Shown here: positions 49,055 through 57,937 of the stretch, piece after piece
Position numbering within the stretch: position 1 is the stretch's first letter
Layout of the letters: each line of letters starts with the position of its first letter
From: Sphingobacteriaceae bacterium UBA2059
GTDB lineage: Bacteria > Bacteroidota > Bacteroidia > Sphingobacteriales > Sphingobacteriaceae
Assembly (NCBI GenBank): GCA_002332615.1
Contig: DDAL01000031.1
Coordinates: forward strand, 94,967-158,966
Reading direction: 5' to 3'
DNA: 64,000 nucleotides
The notes under the pieces: generated by a model
The model's input: only the letters and a program-made list of their open reading frames with translations
What the model was told of the DNA's origin: nothing
Database searches by the model: none
Translations under genes and position numbers: made by a program

Positions 49055-52000
49055 ATGCAAAAAAAACTACATGCATTCCGAAGGGGGAGACTATTCCCTG
49101 TATTTTTACTTCTGCTGGTACTTATAACAGTACACAAAAAAGTTGTAGCTCAGCAAATTACTGTCACCGGCCGGGTAAGTGAAAAAGGCTCAGGGCTCGC
49201 GCTGCCAGGGGTAAGTGTACGGGTTAAAGGCGGAACAAAAGCTACTTTTACCGACGCAAAAGGACAGTTCTCCCTTCCTCTGAAGCCTGCCGAGCGCACT
49301 CTTGTATTTACATTTATAGGCTTCAATACCCGTGAGCTCGCCGTTAAAGGCACTCTGCTTAATGTGGAACTTTCCTCCTCTGATACAAAACTCGATGAGG
49401 TGGTGGTAGTAGCTTACGGTACAGCTAACCGCGGAAGCATTACAGGTTCTGTGGCGTCTATCAATGGCGAGAAGCTGGAAAGCAGGCAGGTGTCTGACAT
49501 AAGCAAGGCCCTTCAGGGTATGGCACCGGGTATACAAACCTCTTCGGCTTCCGGCCAGCCGGGTACCTCTGCTGCCGTGCGTATCCGGGGAATAGGATCA
49601 ATTAACGCTTCGAGCGCGCCGCTCTACGTGGTTGACGGAAGCCCATACGACGGCGATATCAACGCAATCAGTCCAAACGACATTGCATCAATCAGTGTGC
49701 TTAAAGATGCCTCTTCCAGTGCGCTTTACGGTTCCAGGGGCGCCAATGGTGTTATCATCATTACGACTAAGCAAGGACAGACAAGCGGCGAAACAAAAGT
49801 AAACGCAAGCGTGAATCAGGGTTTCTCCTCCAGGGCAGTTAAAGATTATGAGCAGCTGACAACCGATCAGTACTTCGAATTATATTGGGAAGCTCTTCGC
49901 AATAAAGGGTTAACCAATGGCTTAAATGCAGACCTTGCAGCTAAGTCTGCAAGCCAGAACCTCGTTAAAGTTCTTGGTATCAATCCCTATGGTCCTGATT
50001 TTCCCAAGCCTGTGGAGCCTAACGGAAAACTTGACGCAGATGCACGTCCGTTATGGAATGATAGCTGGGCTGATGAAATGACCCGTACCGGTAAGCGTAC
50101 AGAAGCCGAGCTTAGTTTTAGCGGCGGAAACGAAAAAAGCCGTTTTTATATCTCAGGAGGATACCTGAATGATCAGGGGGTGGGCATCGGCTCCGGGTTT
50201 AAGCGTTATAATACCCGGGTAAATGTAAGTACCCAGGCAAAGAGCTGGCTTGCGGCCGGCCTGAATGTAAGTGCGACGAATTCTAAGCAGGATTTTCCGC
50301 AGTCCGAAGACAGTCAGACCTCTAATATTATTAACTTTCCAAGGATTGTTGCGGGCTTTTATCCTGTTTATGAGCGCAAAGAAGACGGCTCTCTCAAACT
50401 GGTAAACGGTAAGAAGGTAGTTGACTATGGAGAATATCGCCCGAGTGCGGCCAGCCCGCGCACAAACCTGGTAGGAACCGTTGGCTTAGATAAGTCGGAA
50501 ATAGTAAAGGACAATGTTTCTGCACGTAGCTTCCTGGAAGCAACCATCCTTCCCGAGTTAAAATTTAAAACCTCCTACAGCGCAGATTTCAATAACCGAA
50601 ACGACCACTTTTACTCCAATCCGCTCTACGGAGGCGCAGTGAGTATAGGAGGTGCGGTGAGCCGCGAGAATATACGGACCTTTTCTTACACATTAAGCAA
50701 TATCCTTACTTACAATAAGAAGCTAAGACAGGATCATAACCTCAGTCTCTTAGCGGGACAGGAATTTTATAGCTTCAATATCAGGAACATGGCCGGAAGC
50801 AGACAGAAGTTTGTGTTGCCGGGATTTTATGAACCTGTTGCCGCATCCCAGTTAAACGACTTTACAGGCCAGGCTACCGATTACGCTTTGCTAAGTTTTC
50901 TTGGAAGGGCGGAGTACGATTACCTTAGTAAATACTATATGTCTGCATCCGTACGTACCGACGGTTCATCCCGTTTCTCTCCGTCTTCACGATGGGGTAC
51001 TTTCTGGTCTGTGGGAGCATCATGGAAAGTATCTCAGGAGGAGTTTTTGAAAAACCAGGCATGGCTGGATATGCTTACGCTGAGAGCCAGCTACGGTGCT
51101 CAGGGAAACGACAATATTGGTACTTATTATGCCTATGAAAGCCTCTACTCTATTAAGAATAATTTAGGCGAAAGCGGTGTGGTTACCTCAAGGCTTCCAA
51201 CGCCCGATTTGAAGTGGGAAAGTAATCTGAACCTCAATATTGGTCTTGACCTTGCGGTGTTCAACAATCGTCTGGGAGCAAGCATTGAATTTTTTAACAG
51301 GCAGTCAAAAGATCTGCTGTTCTCAAGGCCTCTTGCACCGTCCCTGGGCTTCTCTTCTATAGACGCTAACGTAGGAGCCCTCAGAAATAAGGGTATCGAA
51401 GTCCAGCTGAAGGGCAGCCCTGTAGTGCGGGGCGATTTTCGATGGGATATTGATTTTAATATAACCCATTATAAAAACAAAATTACTTCACTGCCTCAGT
51501 CTTCTATTACGTCCGGCACCAAAAAGCTCATGGTTGGTGGTTCTATTTACGATTTTTACATACGCGAATGGGCAGGTATAGACCCTGAAACAGGCAATCC
51601 ACAATGGTATAAGGTAGATGAGAACAAGAATAAAACAAAAACAGGTAAATACAGCGATGCTACGCCAACTTTTCAAGGCAGCGCACTGCCCGACGCCTAC
51701 GGCGGTATTACCAATACCTTCCGGTATAAAGGGATTGAGCTTTCTGCTTTGCTGGCTTACAGTCTGGGAGGTAAGATTCTTGACTCTGATTATACGATGA
51801 TGCTTCACAACGGAAGCAGCCCGGGCCGGGCATGGGCTGCAGAAATAGCCAAGCGCTGGACTCCTGAAAATAGGAATACCAATGTGCCAAGGCTTACTAC
51901 CGACAATTTAAGCTGGACCTCCACCTCAACCCGCTTCCTGTACGACGCTTCCTACGCACGCCTGAAAAACTTGGGTCTGAGCTATACTTTGCCTAAGGGG

Positions 52001-52171
52001 CTTACTCAGCGGCTTAAGGTCAATACTGTACGTGCATCCCTGGTTGGAGAAAACTTACTCACCTTCTACGGACATAAAGGTATGGACCCTGAGCAGGCTA
52101 TAGGCGGTACTACGTATTACCGGTATCCTGCAATGCGCACACTTTCTGCTGGTTTACAATTCAACTTTTAA
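49055..52171 (+). CDS. SusC/RagA-family TonB-dependent outer membrane transporter
   Basis: 1038 aa with a carboxypeptidase-regulatory-like domain (GRVSEKGSGLALPGVSVRVKGG), the plug motif VLKDASSSALYGSRGANGVIIITTKQG, and a terminal Phe (GLQFNF). There is no STN domain. Confidence 0.93.
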   Translation: MQKKLHAFRRGRLFPVFLLLLVLITVHKKVVAQQITVTGRVSEKGSGLALPGVSVRVKGGTKATFTDAKGQFSLPLKPAERTLVFTFIGFNTRELAVKGTLLNVELSSSDTKLDEVVVVAYGTANRGSITGSVASINGEKLESRQVSDISKALQGMAPGIQTSSASGQPGTSAAVRIRGIGSINASSAPLYVVDGSPYDGDINAISPNDIASISVLKDASSSALYGSRGANGVIIITTKQGQTSGETKVNASVNQGFSSRAVKDYEQLTTDQYFELYWEALRNKGLTNGLNADLAAKSASQNLVKVLGINPYGPDFPKPVEPNGKLDADARPLWNDSWADEMTRTGKRTEAELSFSGGNEKSRFYISGGYLNDQGVGIGSGFKRYNTRVNVSTQAKSWLAAGLNVSATNSKQDFPQSEDSQTSNIINFPRIVAGFYPVYERKEDGSLKLVNGKKVVDYGEYRPSAASPRTNLVGTVGLDKSEIVKDNVSARSFLEATILPELKFKTSYSADFNNRNDHFYSNPLYGGAVSIGGAVSRENIRTFSYTLSNILTYNKKLRQDHNLSLLAGQEFYSFNIRNMAGSRQKFVLPGFYEPVAASQLNDFTGQATDYALLSFLGRAEYDYLSKYYMSASVRTDGSSRFSPSSRWGTFWSVGASWKVSQEEFLKNQAWLDMLTLRASYGAQGNDNIGTYYAYESLYSIKNNLGESGVVTSRLPTPDLKWESNLNLNIGLDLAVFNNRLGASIEFFNRQSKDLLFSRPLAPSLGFSSIDANVGALRNKGIEVQLKGSPVVRGDFRWDIDFNITHYKNKITSLPQSSITSGTKKLMVGGSIYDFYIREWAGIDPETGNPQWYKVDENKNKTKTGKYSDATPTFQGSALPDAYGGITNTFRYKGIELSALLAYSLGGKILDSDYTMMLHNGSSPGRAWAAEIAKRWTPENRNTNVPRLTTDNLSWTSTSTRFLYDASYARLKNLGLSYTLPKGLTQRLKVNTVRASLVGENLLTFYGHKGMDPEQAIGGTTYYRYPAMRTLSAGLQFNF

Positions 52172-52185
52172 TTATCACACGTATT

Positions 52186-53697
52186 ATGAAACGATTAATT
52201 CACCTTCATACCTTACTTATCGTAGCCCTACTTTTGTCGGCAGGTGCATGCAAAAAAGAACTGGATACACGGCCGTCCAACGCTGTTCCGGCCCGCGATC
52301 TGTTTAAAAATACCACAGGCATTGAAACTGTTCTAAACGGTACCTGGAGCTATATGAACGATACCTATTCTACCTATGCAAATCCGGGCTATAGTTCCAT
52401 ACTGCGCACCAGTGATGCAATGGGCAGCGACATCGCAGTTTTAACAACTAAGTACGGCTATAATACGGCATACACCCTCAATCAGATGCACAACAGCACC
52501 GATTCGAGAACCAATTTCTTTTGGTCTTTACTTTATAAAGTAATCAATAACAGCAACAACATTATAGCGCACGTCGACGCGGCAGAAGGCACTCAGGCAG
52601 ACAAGGATCGCTTAAAAGGTCAGGCCTTGGCACTCAGAGCCAACAGTTACCTTATGCTGACAAGCTTTTACCAGTTTTCCTATCTTAAAGATCCGGATGC
52701 TCCCGGTGTACCGCTATATACCGAACCGTCTGACGAAAGCACCCCAGCCAAACCGCGTGCCAGCCTGAGAGAGGTGTACAAGCAAATTAATGCAGACCTG
52801 CAGCAGGCGGCCAGTCTTCTACACGCATATACCCGTCCGGGTTCTGTAAAGTATAAGATCAATAAAGACGTAGTGAACGGTCTTCTGGCACGCACGGCCT
52901 TAAACACCGGCCAGTGGGCTGCGGCAGCATCGTATGCTGCACTTGCCCGTAAAGGGTATGGCTTTATGACGGAAGCACAATATCTGGAGGGCTTCAATAA
53001 CGTCAATAATCCCGAATGGATATGGGGCCATGGCCAGACACCCGAACAAAGTGTCGCCAGCTACAGCTTTCAGTATCTTGATGTAACCTCTACCGCAGGG
53101 TACTACAGTTTCATGGCCGACCCCTATTTTATGCAGCTGTTTTCAAAAGGCGATATACGCAAAAAACTTTTTCTCTGGGATGGTCTTAAAGGCAGAGAGG
53201 GATACCTGCGTTATCAAAAGTTTAGAATGCGTCCTGATGAAACCGGCGATATTGTATTAATGCGATCGTCGGAAATGGTTTTGATCGAAGCCGAGGGCCA
53301 TGCCCGGGCCGGCGATCTGGCTGCCGCTACGGAGCGCTTAAACGAATTAAGAGCCGTCAGGAAGGATATTCTGCTAAATGCAGGCGAAACAAATCAGCAA
53401 AGTCTTGTGGATACTGTGCTAAAAGAACGCCGCAAAGAGCTTTGGGGAGAGGGATTTAGCTTATGGGACATCCTGCGTACGCAAGGGAAAGTCGAGCGCA
53501 GGGCTTATGTAGATGCTAACAATGAACCAGTGAAAGTAGAAGTAATTACTCAGGATGGTTCACCTAAGGTTGTAGACGCTATTGGGCATAGTTCTCTGAA
53601 ATTTAGCGACGGTAGTCCGTTCGTCCCCAATAGCCCATACTATGTTTTTGCAATACCTTACGTGGAAAAAGAGAATAACCCCAACGTGTCTCCGTAG
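52186..53697 (+). CDS. RagB/SusD-family nutrient-binding outer membrane lipoprotein
   Basis: Lipobox LLLSAGACKKE and the conserved SusD core (ALRANSYLMLTSFYQ...ERRKELWGEGFSLWDILR). Confidence 0.9.
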   Translation: MKRLIHLHTLLIVALLLSAGACKKELDTRPSNAVPARDLFKNTTGIETVLNGTWSYMNDTYSTYANPGYSSILRTSDAMGSDIAVLTTKYGYNTAYTLNQMHNSTDSRTNFFWSLLYKVINNSNNIIAHVDAAEGTQADKDRLKGQALALRANSYLMLTSFYQFSYLKDPDAPGVPLYTEPSDESTPAKPRASLREVYKQINADLQQAASLLHAYTRPGSVKYKINKDVVNGLLARTALNTGQWAAAASYAALARKGYGFMTEAQYLEGFNNVNNPEWIWGHGQTPEQSVASYSFQYLDVTSTAGYYSFMADPYFMQLFSKGDIRKKLFLWDGLKGREGYLRYQKFRMRPDETGDIVLMRSSEMVLIEAEGHARAGDLAAATERLNELRAVRKDILLNAGETNQQSLVDTVLKERRKELWGEGFSLWDILRTQGKVERRAYVDANNEPVKVEVITQDGSPKVVDAIGHSSLKFSDGSPFVPNSPYYVFAIPYVEKENNPNVSP

Positions 53698-53721
53698 ACA
53701 ATACACTTTGCAGTTTTCCGT

Positions 53722-53783
53722 AATAGCAGATAAGCCTGTATACCTGTGGCCCGCGCCAAAGGTATACAGGCGTATCTGCTATT
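53722..53783. repeat. Long inverted repeat (23-bp arms, 1 mismatch) between convergent susD-like and engB genes
   Basis: AATAGCAGATAAGCCTGTATACC (53722-53744) pairs with GGTATACAGGCGTATCTGCTATT (53761-53783). The 16-nt loop can add a TGGC/GCCA stem. No T-run follows on either strand. Confidence 0.6.
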
Positions 53784-53824
53784 ATTAAAGTAAACCAACC
53801 AGGCAGAATGTGTAATTGGCAACG

Positions 53825-54427
53825 TTACAAGCTAAAGCGGCTGTTGACTTCGTCGATAAAATCCAGGATAGGCTCCTTGCCGGTATGCTTTTCTGCAGAG
53901 GTAATGAAATGCTGAGGCACTGTTTCAAAGTAATTAAGCAGTGCTTTGTGAAATGCGGCTACAGTTTGAGCCGTTTTTACAGACGACTGCTTATCAGCCT
54001 TGGTAAAAACAAGTACAAAAGGCAGGTCCTGCTCGCCCAGCCAGCAGCAAAAGTCGATGTCCACCTTCTGTGGCTCGTGGCGGCAGTCTATTAATACAAA
54101 AATACACTGTAAACTTTCCCTGTTCCTCAAATAGTAGCGAATGAAGCGCTCCCATTCTCCACGGCTTGTTCTGGATGCTTTGGCATAGCCATAGCCCGGA
54201 AGGTCAACCAGATACCAGGTATCATTGATGAGAAAATGGTTTATGAGTTGGGTTTTACCGGGAATCTGAGAAGTTTTTGCCAAGCCCTTGCGGCCGGTTA
54301 TCATGTTGATGACTGATGACTTGCCTACATTAGACCGACCAATAAATGCATACTCTGGCAATACAGCCGGAGGCAGCTTGTCTGTTCGAGTATTACTGCA
54401 TTTGAACTCCGCTGTTTTAATTTCCAT
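53825..54427 (-). CDS. engB: Ribosome biogenesis GTP-binding protein YihA/YsxC (EngB)
   Basis: 200 aa with G1 GRSNVGKSS, G3 DLPGYG and G4 TKADK. Confidence 0.93.
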   Translation of the reverse strand: MEIKTAEFKCSNTRTDKLPPAVLPEYAFIGRSNVGKSSVINMITGRKGLAKTSQIPGKTQLINHFLINDTWYLVDLPGYGYAKASRTSRGEWERFIRYYLRNRESLQCIFVLIDCRHEPQKVDIDFCCWLGEQDLPFVLVFTKADKQSSVKTAQTVAAFHKALLNYFETVPQHFITSAEKHTGKEPILDFIDEVNSRFSL

Positions 54428-54433
54428 AGATCA

Positions 54434-54441
54434 CAAATATA
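54434..54441 (-). promoter_or_regulatory. TAnnTTTG -7 box candidate for engB
   Basis: The minus strand reads TATATTTG, ending 6 nt upstream of the engB ATG. That would give a near-leaderless mRNA, so confidence is low. Confidence 0.3.
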
Positions 54442-54820
54442 GAAATTGAATTTCACAATGTCTTTTGCAGGTTTCACTGAGTCTCATCTTGGTTTATAGC
54501 CTTTTAAAGCCGACTCTCCTTCGGCTTAATGCCGGGGTCTCGACGCAATATGCCCGGGATGCATCCATCAGAAACATGGACACATCATGGGTGCATCATG
54601 GATACATCCCGCTTGCAAGGCGAAGGTGACAGGTAGCAATCCGGTACCTAAAAGTACGCGTATCTGATGCAGCACCGCGTAGGTTGAGCACCTGAAAACA
54701 GTTAGCCCGGTAAGCGTACGCATCCTTCCAGGCGCATTTTCAAAAAACATAGACGGGCCATTGTGCGAAAAACTATTATAAACTTTATCTTCGCCTTTGT
54801 AATTTTTGCAAACTGAGATC

Positions 54821-55396
54821 ATGGAAAAGAAAGAGATAACCCTACGTATGCCGGTTCTTATTGTTCTTATTTTACTGGCAGCTGGCAGCCGTCTTATTCC
54901 ACATATGTATAATTTTTCGCCTTTAGGCGCTATTTGTTTGTTTGGCGCTGCCTACTTTACCAAAAAATGGCAGGCCTATCTTATTCCTCTGGCAGCAACG
55001 TTCCTGAGCGACTTGTATATTAATAATGTGGTTTACGCTCAATATAACGAAATTTTTACCTTGGCGTATCAGGGATTTTACTGGCAGTACGCGAGCTATC
55101 TCCTTATCATTGCTCTTGCTCAGCCCATGTTAAAAAAACCAAAACCTCTTCGTGTTATGGCTGGTGGCCTTATGGCTACATTGGTTTTTTTCCTGGTATC
55201 TAATTTTGGAAGCTGGGTTGGCAATCCCGCCTATGCCCGGTCTCTTCAGGGTTTGATAAACTGTTATGCAGCCGGCATACCTTTTGTTAAAGGTACCTTG
55301 CTTGGTAACCTTACCTATTCTGCTTTGCTTTTCGGTTCATTTGAAGCACTCAAAACTGCGGTTCCTCAACTCAAATTAGCGAAGGATTATAGATGA
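54821..55396 (+). CDS. DUF6580-like small polytopic membrane protein (putative transport protein)
   Basis: About 190 aa with 5-6 TM segments (LIVLILLAAGSRLIPHMYNFSPLGAICLFGAAYF...). The family name comes from my memory of similar Bacteroidota proteins. The ORF track starts at TTG 54806; I prefer ATG 54821. Confidence 0.7.
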   Translation: MEKKEITLRMPVLIVLILLAAGSRLIPHMYNFSPLGAICLFGAAYFTKKWQAYLIPLAATFLSDLYINNVVYAQYNEIFTLAYQGFYWQYASYLLIIALAQPMLKKPKPLRVMAGGLMATLVFFLVSNFGSWVGNPAYARSLQGLINCYAAGIPFVKGTLLGNLTYSALLFGSFEALKTAVPQLKLAKDYR

Positions 55397-55417
55397 TCGA
55401 AGTGTTTTGTAAAAGGG

Positions 55418-55795
55418 ATGTGTAAAGCAGAGTATGTGTTTAAGCACGAACCAAAAGCCTGTCCCCGCTGCGGCAAAATGTTTGAGTGTAAGGCAGGCGA
55501 TGTTTTGAACTGTCAGTGTTCGCAGGTAGGCTTGTCAGAAGAAACGTATGCTTATCTGGCTTCATCTTACTATGATTGTTTGTGCAAGCAGTGTTTAAGT
55601 GAGCTTGAGCTGCTGGTGTGCAGGGCCGGTAAACTTAGTTTTCCGTCTTCGAGTGAAGCGCTGGTCGAAAATCTGCACTATTATAAAGAAGGAACAAAGT
55701 TTGTCTTTACCGAATTTTACCATGTGCAGAGAGGATATTGCTGCAATAGCGGCTGCAGGCATTGCGCTTATGGCTATAAAAAAGCTTTAACATAG
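55418..55795 (+). CDS. Cysteine-rich fusion protein (CWC-type Cys-rich N-domain plus DUF5522-like C-domain)
   Basis: N-domain CPRCGKMFECKAGDVLNCQCS...CLCKQCL; C-domain YYKEGTKFVFTEFYHVQRGYCCNSGCRHCAYGY. Confidence 0.7.
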   Translation: MCKAEYVFKHEPKACPRCGKMFECKAGDVLNCQCSQVGLSEETYAYLASSYYDCLCKQCLSELELLVCRAGKLSFPSSSEALVENLHYYKEGTKFVFTEFYHVQRGYCCNSGCRHCAYGYKKALT

Positions 55796-55852
55796 TTGAG
55801 TTATACAATAAATTGACCTGTCCATCCCTGCGTTAATTCCTATATTTGCCTC

Positions 55853-56584
55853 ATGCCTCAAAATATAACTCCCTATAATAACCAGCAAGCACCTAAAAAA
55901 GAACAGGTGGCCCATATGTTCAATAATATATCAAAGACCTACGATTTTCTTAATCATTTTATGTCTCTTGGTATTGACATTATATGGCGCAAAAAAGCTA
56001 TCGCAGAACTTAAAAAAGACGCGCCTCAGCTTATTTTGGATGTAGCTACAGGTACCGGCGACTTTGCTATTGAAGCGATAAATATGTTACGGCCCCAAAA
56101 AATTATTGGTGTAGATATATCGGAAGGGATGCTTGATATAGCCCGGAGAAAGATTGAGCAAAGAGGCTTGCAAGATGTGTTTGAAGTACAAATGGGCGAC
56201 TCGGAAAAGCTGCTTTTTGAAGACAATACGTTCGATGCGGTAACGGTTGCTTACGGAGTAAGAAACTATGAAAACCTTGAAAAAGGAATAAGCGATATGC
56301 TTAGGGTTTTAAAGCCGGGCGGAAAGATCGTAATCCTGGAATTTTCAAAGCCTCAGGTATTTCCGGTGAAGCAGCTTTATAACTTTTATTTTAATTCTGT
56401 TACCCCTTCTATAGGTAAGCTGTTCTCCAAAAATAATCATGCTTATAAATATCTTCCGCAGTCGGTTGCAGCTTTCCCTGATGGTAAGGATTTCGTAAAG
56501 CTTATGGCAAAATGCGGGTATAAAAATGCAAAGTACCGCACATTGCTTTTCGGGATAAGCAGCATTTATATAGGCTCAAAGTAG
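55853..56584 (+). CDS. ubiE: Demethylmenaquinone/ubiquinone C-methyltransferase UbiE/MenG
   Basis: VAHMFNNISKTYDFLNHFMSLGIDIIWRKKA together with the SAM motif LDVATGTGDFA is a typical UbiE/MenG pattern. Confidence 0.92.
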   Translation: MPQNITPYNNQQAPKKEQVAHMFNNISKTYDFLNHFMSLGIDIIWRKKAIAELKKDAPQLILDVATGTGDFAIEAINMLRPQKIIGVDISEGMLDIARRKIEQRGLQDVFEVQMGDSEKLLFEDNTFDAVTVAYGVRNYENLEKGISDMLRVLKPGGKIVILEFSKPQVFPVKQLYNFYFNSVTPSIGKLFSKNNHAYKYLPQSVAAFPDGKDFVKLMAKCGYKNAKYRTLLFGISSIYIGSK

Positions 56585-56652
56585 CTAAACAGAGAGACTT
56601 CAAATTGATGCTGCCGCACTAATTTATTAAATTAGCCGTCTAACTAAAAAGT

Positions 56653-57411
56653 ATGCCAGTTGCACTTATAACAGGAGCTACCGCCGGAATAGGCGAAGCC
56701 TGTGCCAGGCTGTTTGCTTCAAAGAACTACAGTCTTATTCTCACCGGTCGCAGGGCCGAACGGCTTGATGCTTTATCAGCATCTTTAACCGCCGAGTATA
56801 ATGTAAAGGTGTTTCCTTTATGCTTTGATGTACGTAACAAAGAAGAGGTCAAGAATGCTTTAGAATCCTTGCCTGCTGACTATCAGAATATAGACGTTTT
56901 AATCAATAACGCAGGTCTTAGCCAGGGACTTGACCCGATACACGAGGGTTCTACCGATGACTGGGATGTGATGATTGATACAAATATTAAGGGCCTGCTC
57001 TATGTAACAAAGCAGGTATCCGGATTTATGGTTAGGCGGGGTAAGGGGCATATCATTAACCTCGGATCTATAGCCGCTAAAGAAACGTACGCTAACGGCA
57101 ATGTATACTGTGCCACCAAGCATGCTGTAGATTCGCTAAACCAGGCAATGCGCATAGATCTGTTAAAACACAATATAAAAGTAACCGGTATCCATCCGGG
57201 GGCAGTTGAAACAGAATTCTCAAAGGTGCGTTTTCATGGTGATGAAGAAAGGGCAGCCAAAGTGTACGAGGGCTTTGACCCGCTTGTGGCTGACGATATA
57301 GCCGAAACGATATGGTTTGTGGTGTCCCGTCCTGCACATGTCACTATCAATGATCTGATAATTATGCCTCAGGCACAGGCGAGCGCCACTTACTGGAATA
57401 AAAGCACTTAA
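56653..57411 (+). CDS. SDR-family NADP-dependent oxidoreductase (YdfG-like)
   Basis: TGATAGIGEA cofactor motif, NNAG, and the catalytic YCATKHA (YxxxK). Confidence 0.9.
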   Translation: MPVALITGATAGIGEACARLFASKNYSLILTGRRAERLDALSASLTAEYNVKVFPLCFDVRNKEEVKNALESLPADYQNIDVLINNAGLSQGLDPIHEGSTDDWDVMIDTNIKGLLYVTKQVSGFMVRRGKGHIINLGSIAAKETYANGNVYCATKHAVDSLNQAMRIDLLKHNIKVTGIHPGAVETEFSKVRFHGDEERAAKVYEGFDPLVADDIAETIWFVVSRPAHVTINDLIIMPQAQASATYWNKST

Positions 57412-57422
57412 ACTTATACACT

Positions 57423-57869
57423 ATGTTTCAACAAGAAATAGACAAGAAAATAAAGGAGGCTATGCTGGCTAAAAATGAGTCGCGCTTAAGAGGGCTCAGA
57501 GCAATAAAATCTGCTTTACTGCTTGCAAAGACTGAAAAAGGGGCGTCCGCAGACATTACTGATGATACCAAGGTTAAGGTCCTGCAAAAGCTGGTTAAGC
57601 AAAGAAAAGAATCGGCAGAGATCTATAAGGCTCAGAAGCGGGATGACCTGTATACCATCGAAATGGAAGAACTAGCTGTTATAGAGGAATTTATGCCCGG
57701 GCAGATGTCAGAAGAGGAGGTAAAGCAGGTAGTACAACAAGTAATTACTGCAACCGGAGCAGCATCTGTAAAAGATATGGGTAAAGTTATGGCAGCTGCC
57801 AATAAAGAGATAGCAGGCAGGGCCGATGGCAAAACTATTTCTCAGGTTGTAAAACAGTTGCTCTCTTAA
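57423..57869 (+). CDS. GatB/YqeY domain-containing protein
   Basis: 148 aa. IKEAMLAKNESRLRGLRAIKSALLLAKTE... is the characteristic YqeY N-terminus. Confidence 0.88.
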   Translation: MFQQEIDKKIKEAMLAKNESRLRGLRAIKSALLLAKTEKGASADITDDTKVKVLQKLVKQRKESAEIYKAQKRDDLYTIEMEELAVIEEFMPGQMSEEEVKQVVQQVITATGAASVKDMGKVMAAANKEIAGRADGKTISQVVKQLLS

Positions 57870-57937
57870 TTTTTTATATAAAAACGCAGCTTTTAATGTA
57901 AAAACGTACATTTATAGCTGAAATGAAAGCTTAAATT

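Noticed and set aside
54445-54790. Assignment of the GC-rich spacer to a known RNA class (RNase P RNA, tmRNA, SRP RNA, cobalamin or TPP riboswitch)
   Set aside because: The hallmark motifs are missing:
- No GAAAGTCCGG-type RNase P core.
- No tRNA-like GGGG...CCA ends for tmRNA.
- CTGGAAGG does not sit in an SRP-like AGCA/GGAA context.
- No GCCACTG B12 box; only the weak look-alike CAGGTGCTCAACCT...GCATCAG on the strand facing engB.
- No CTGAGA...ACCTGATCTGG TPP core.

The downstream gene's promoter-like box is also adjacent to its own start, which argues against a long riboswitch leader.
54568-54822. An 84-aa minus-strand ORF
   Set aside because: Its start overlaps the start of the well-supported plus-strand membrane-protein gene. 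It has no recognisable motifs and a composition that is odd for a real protein. It probably arises because the spacer is GC-rich.
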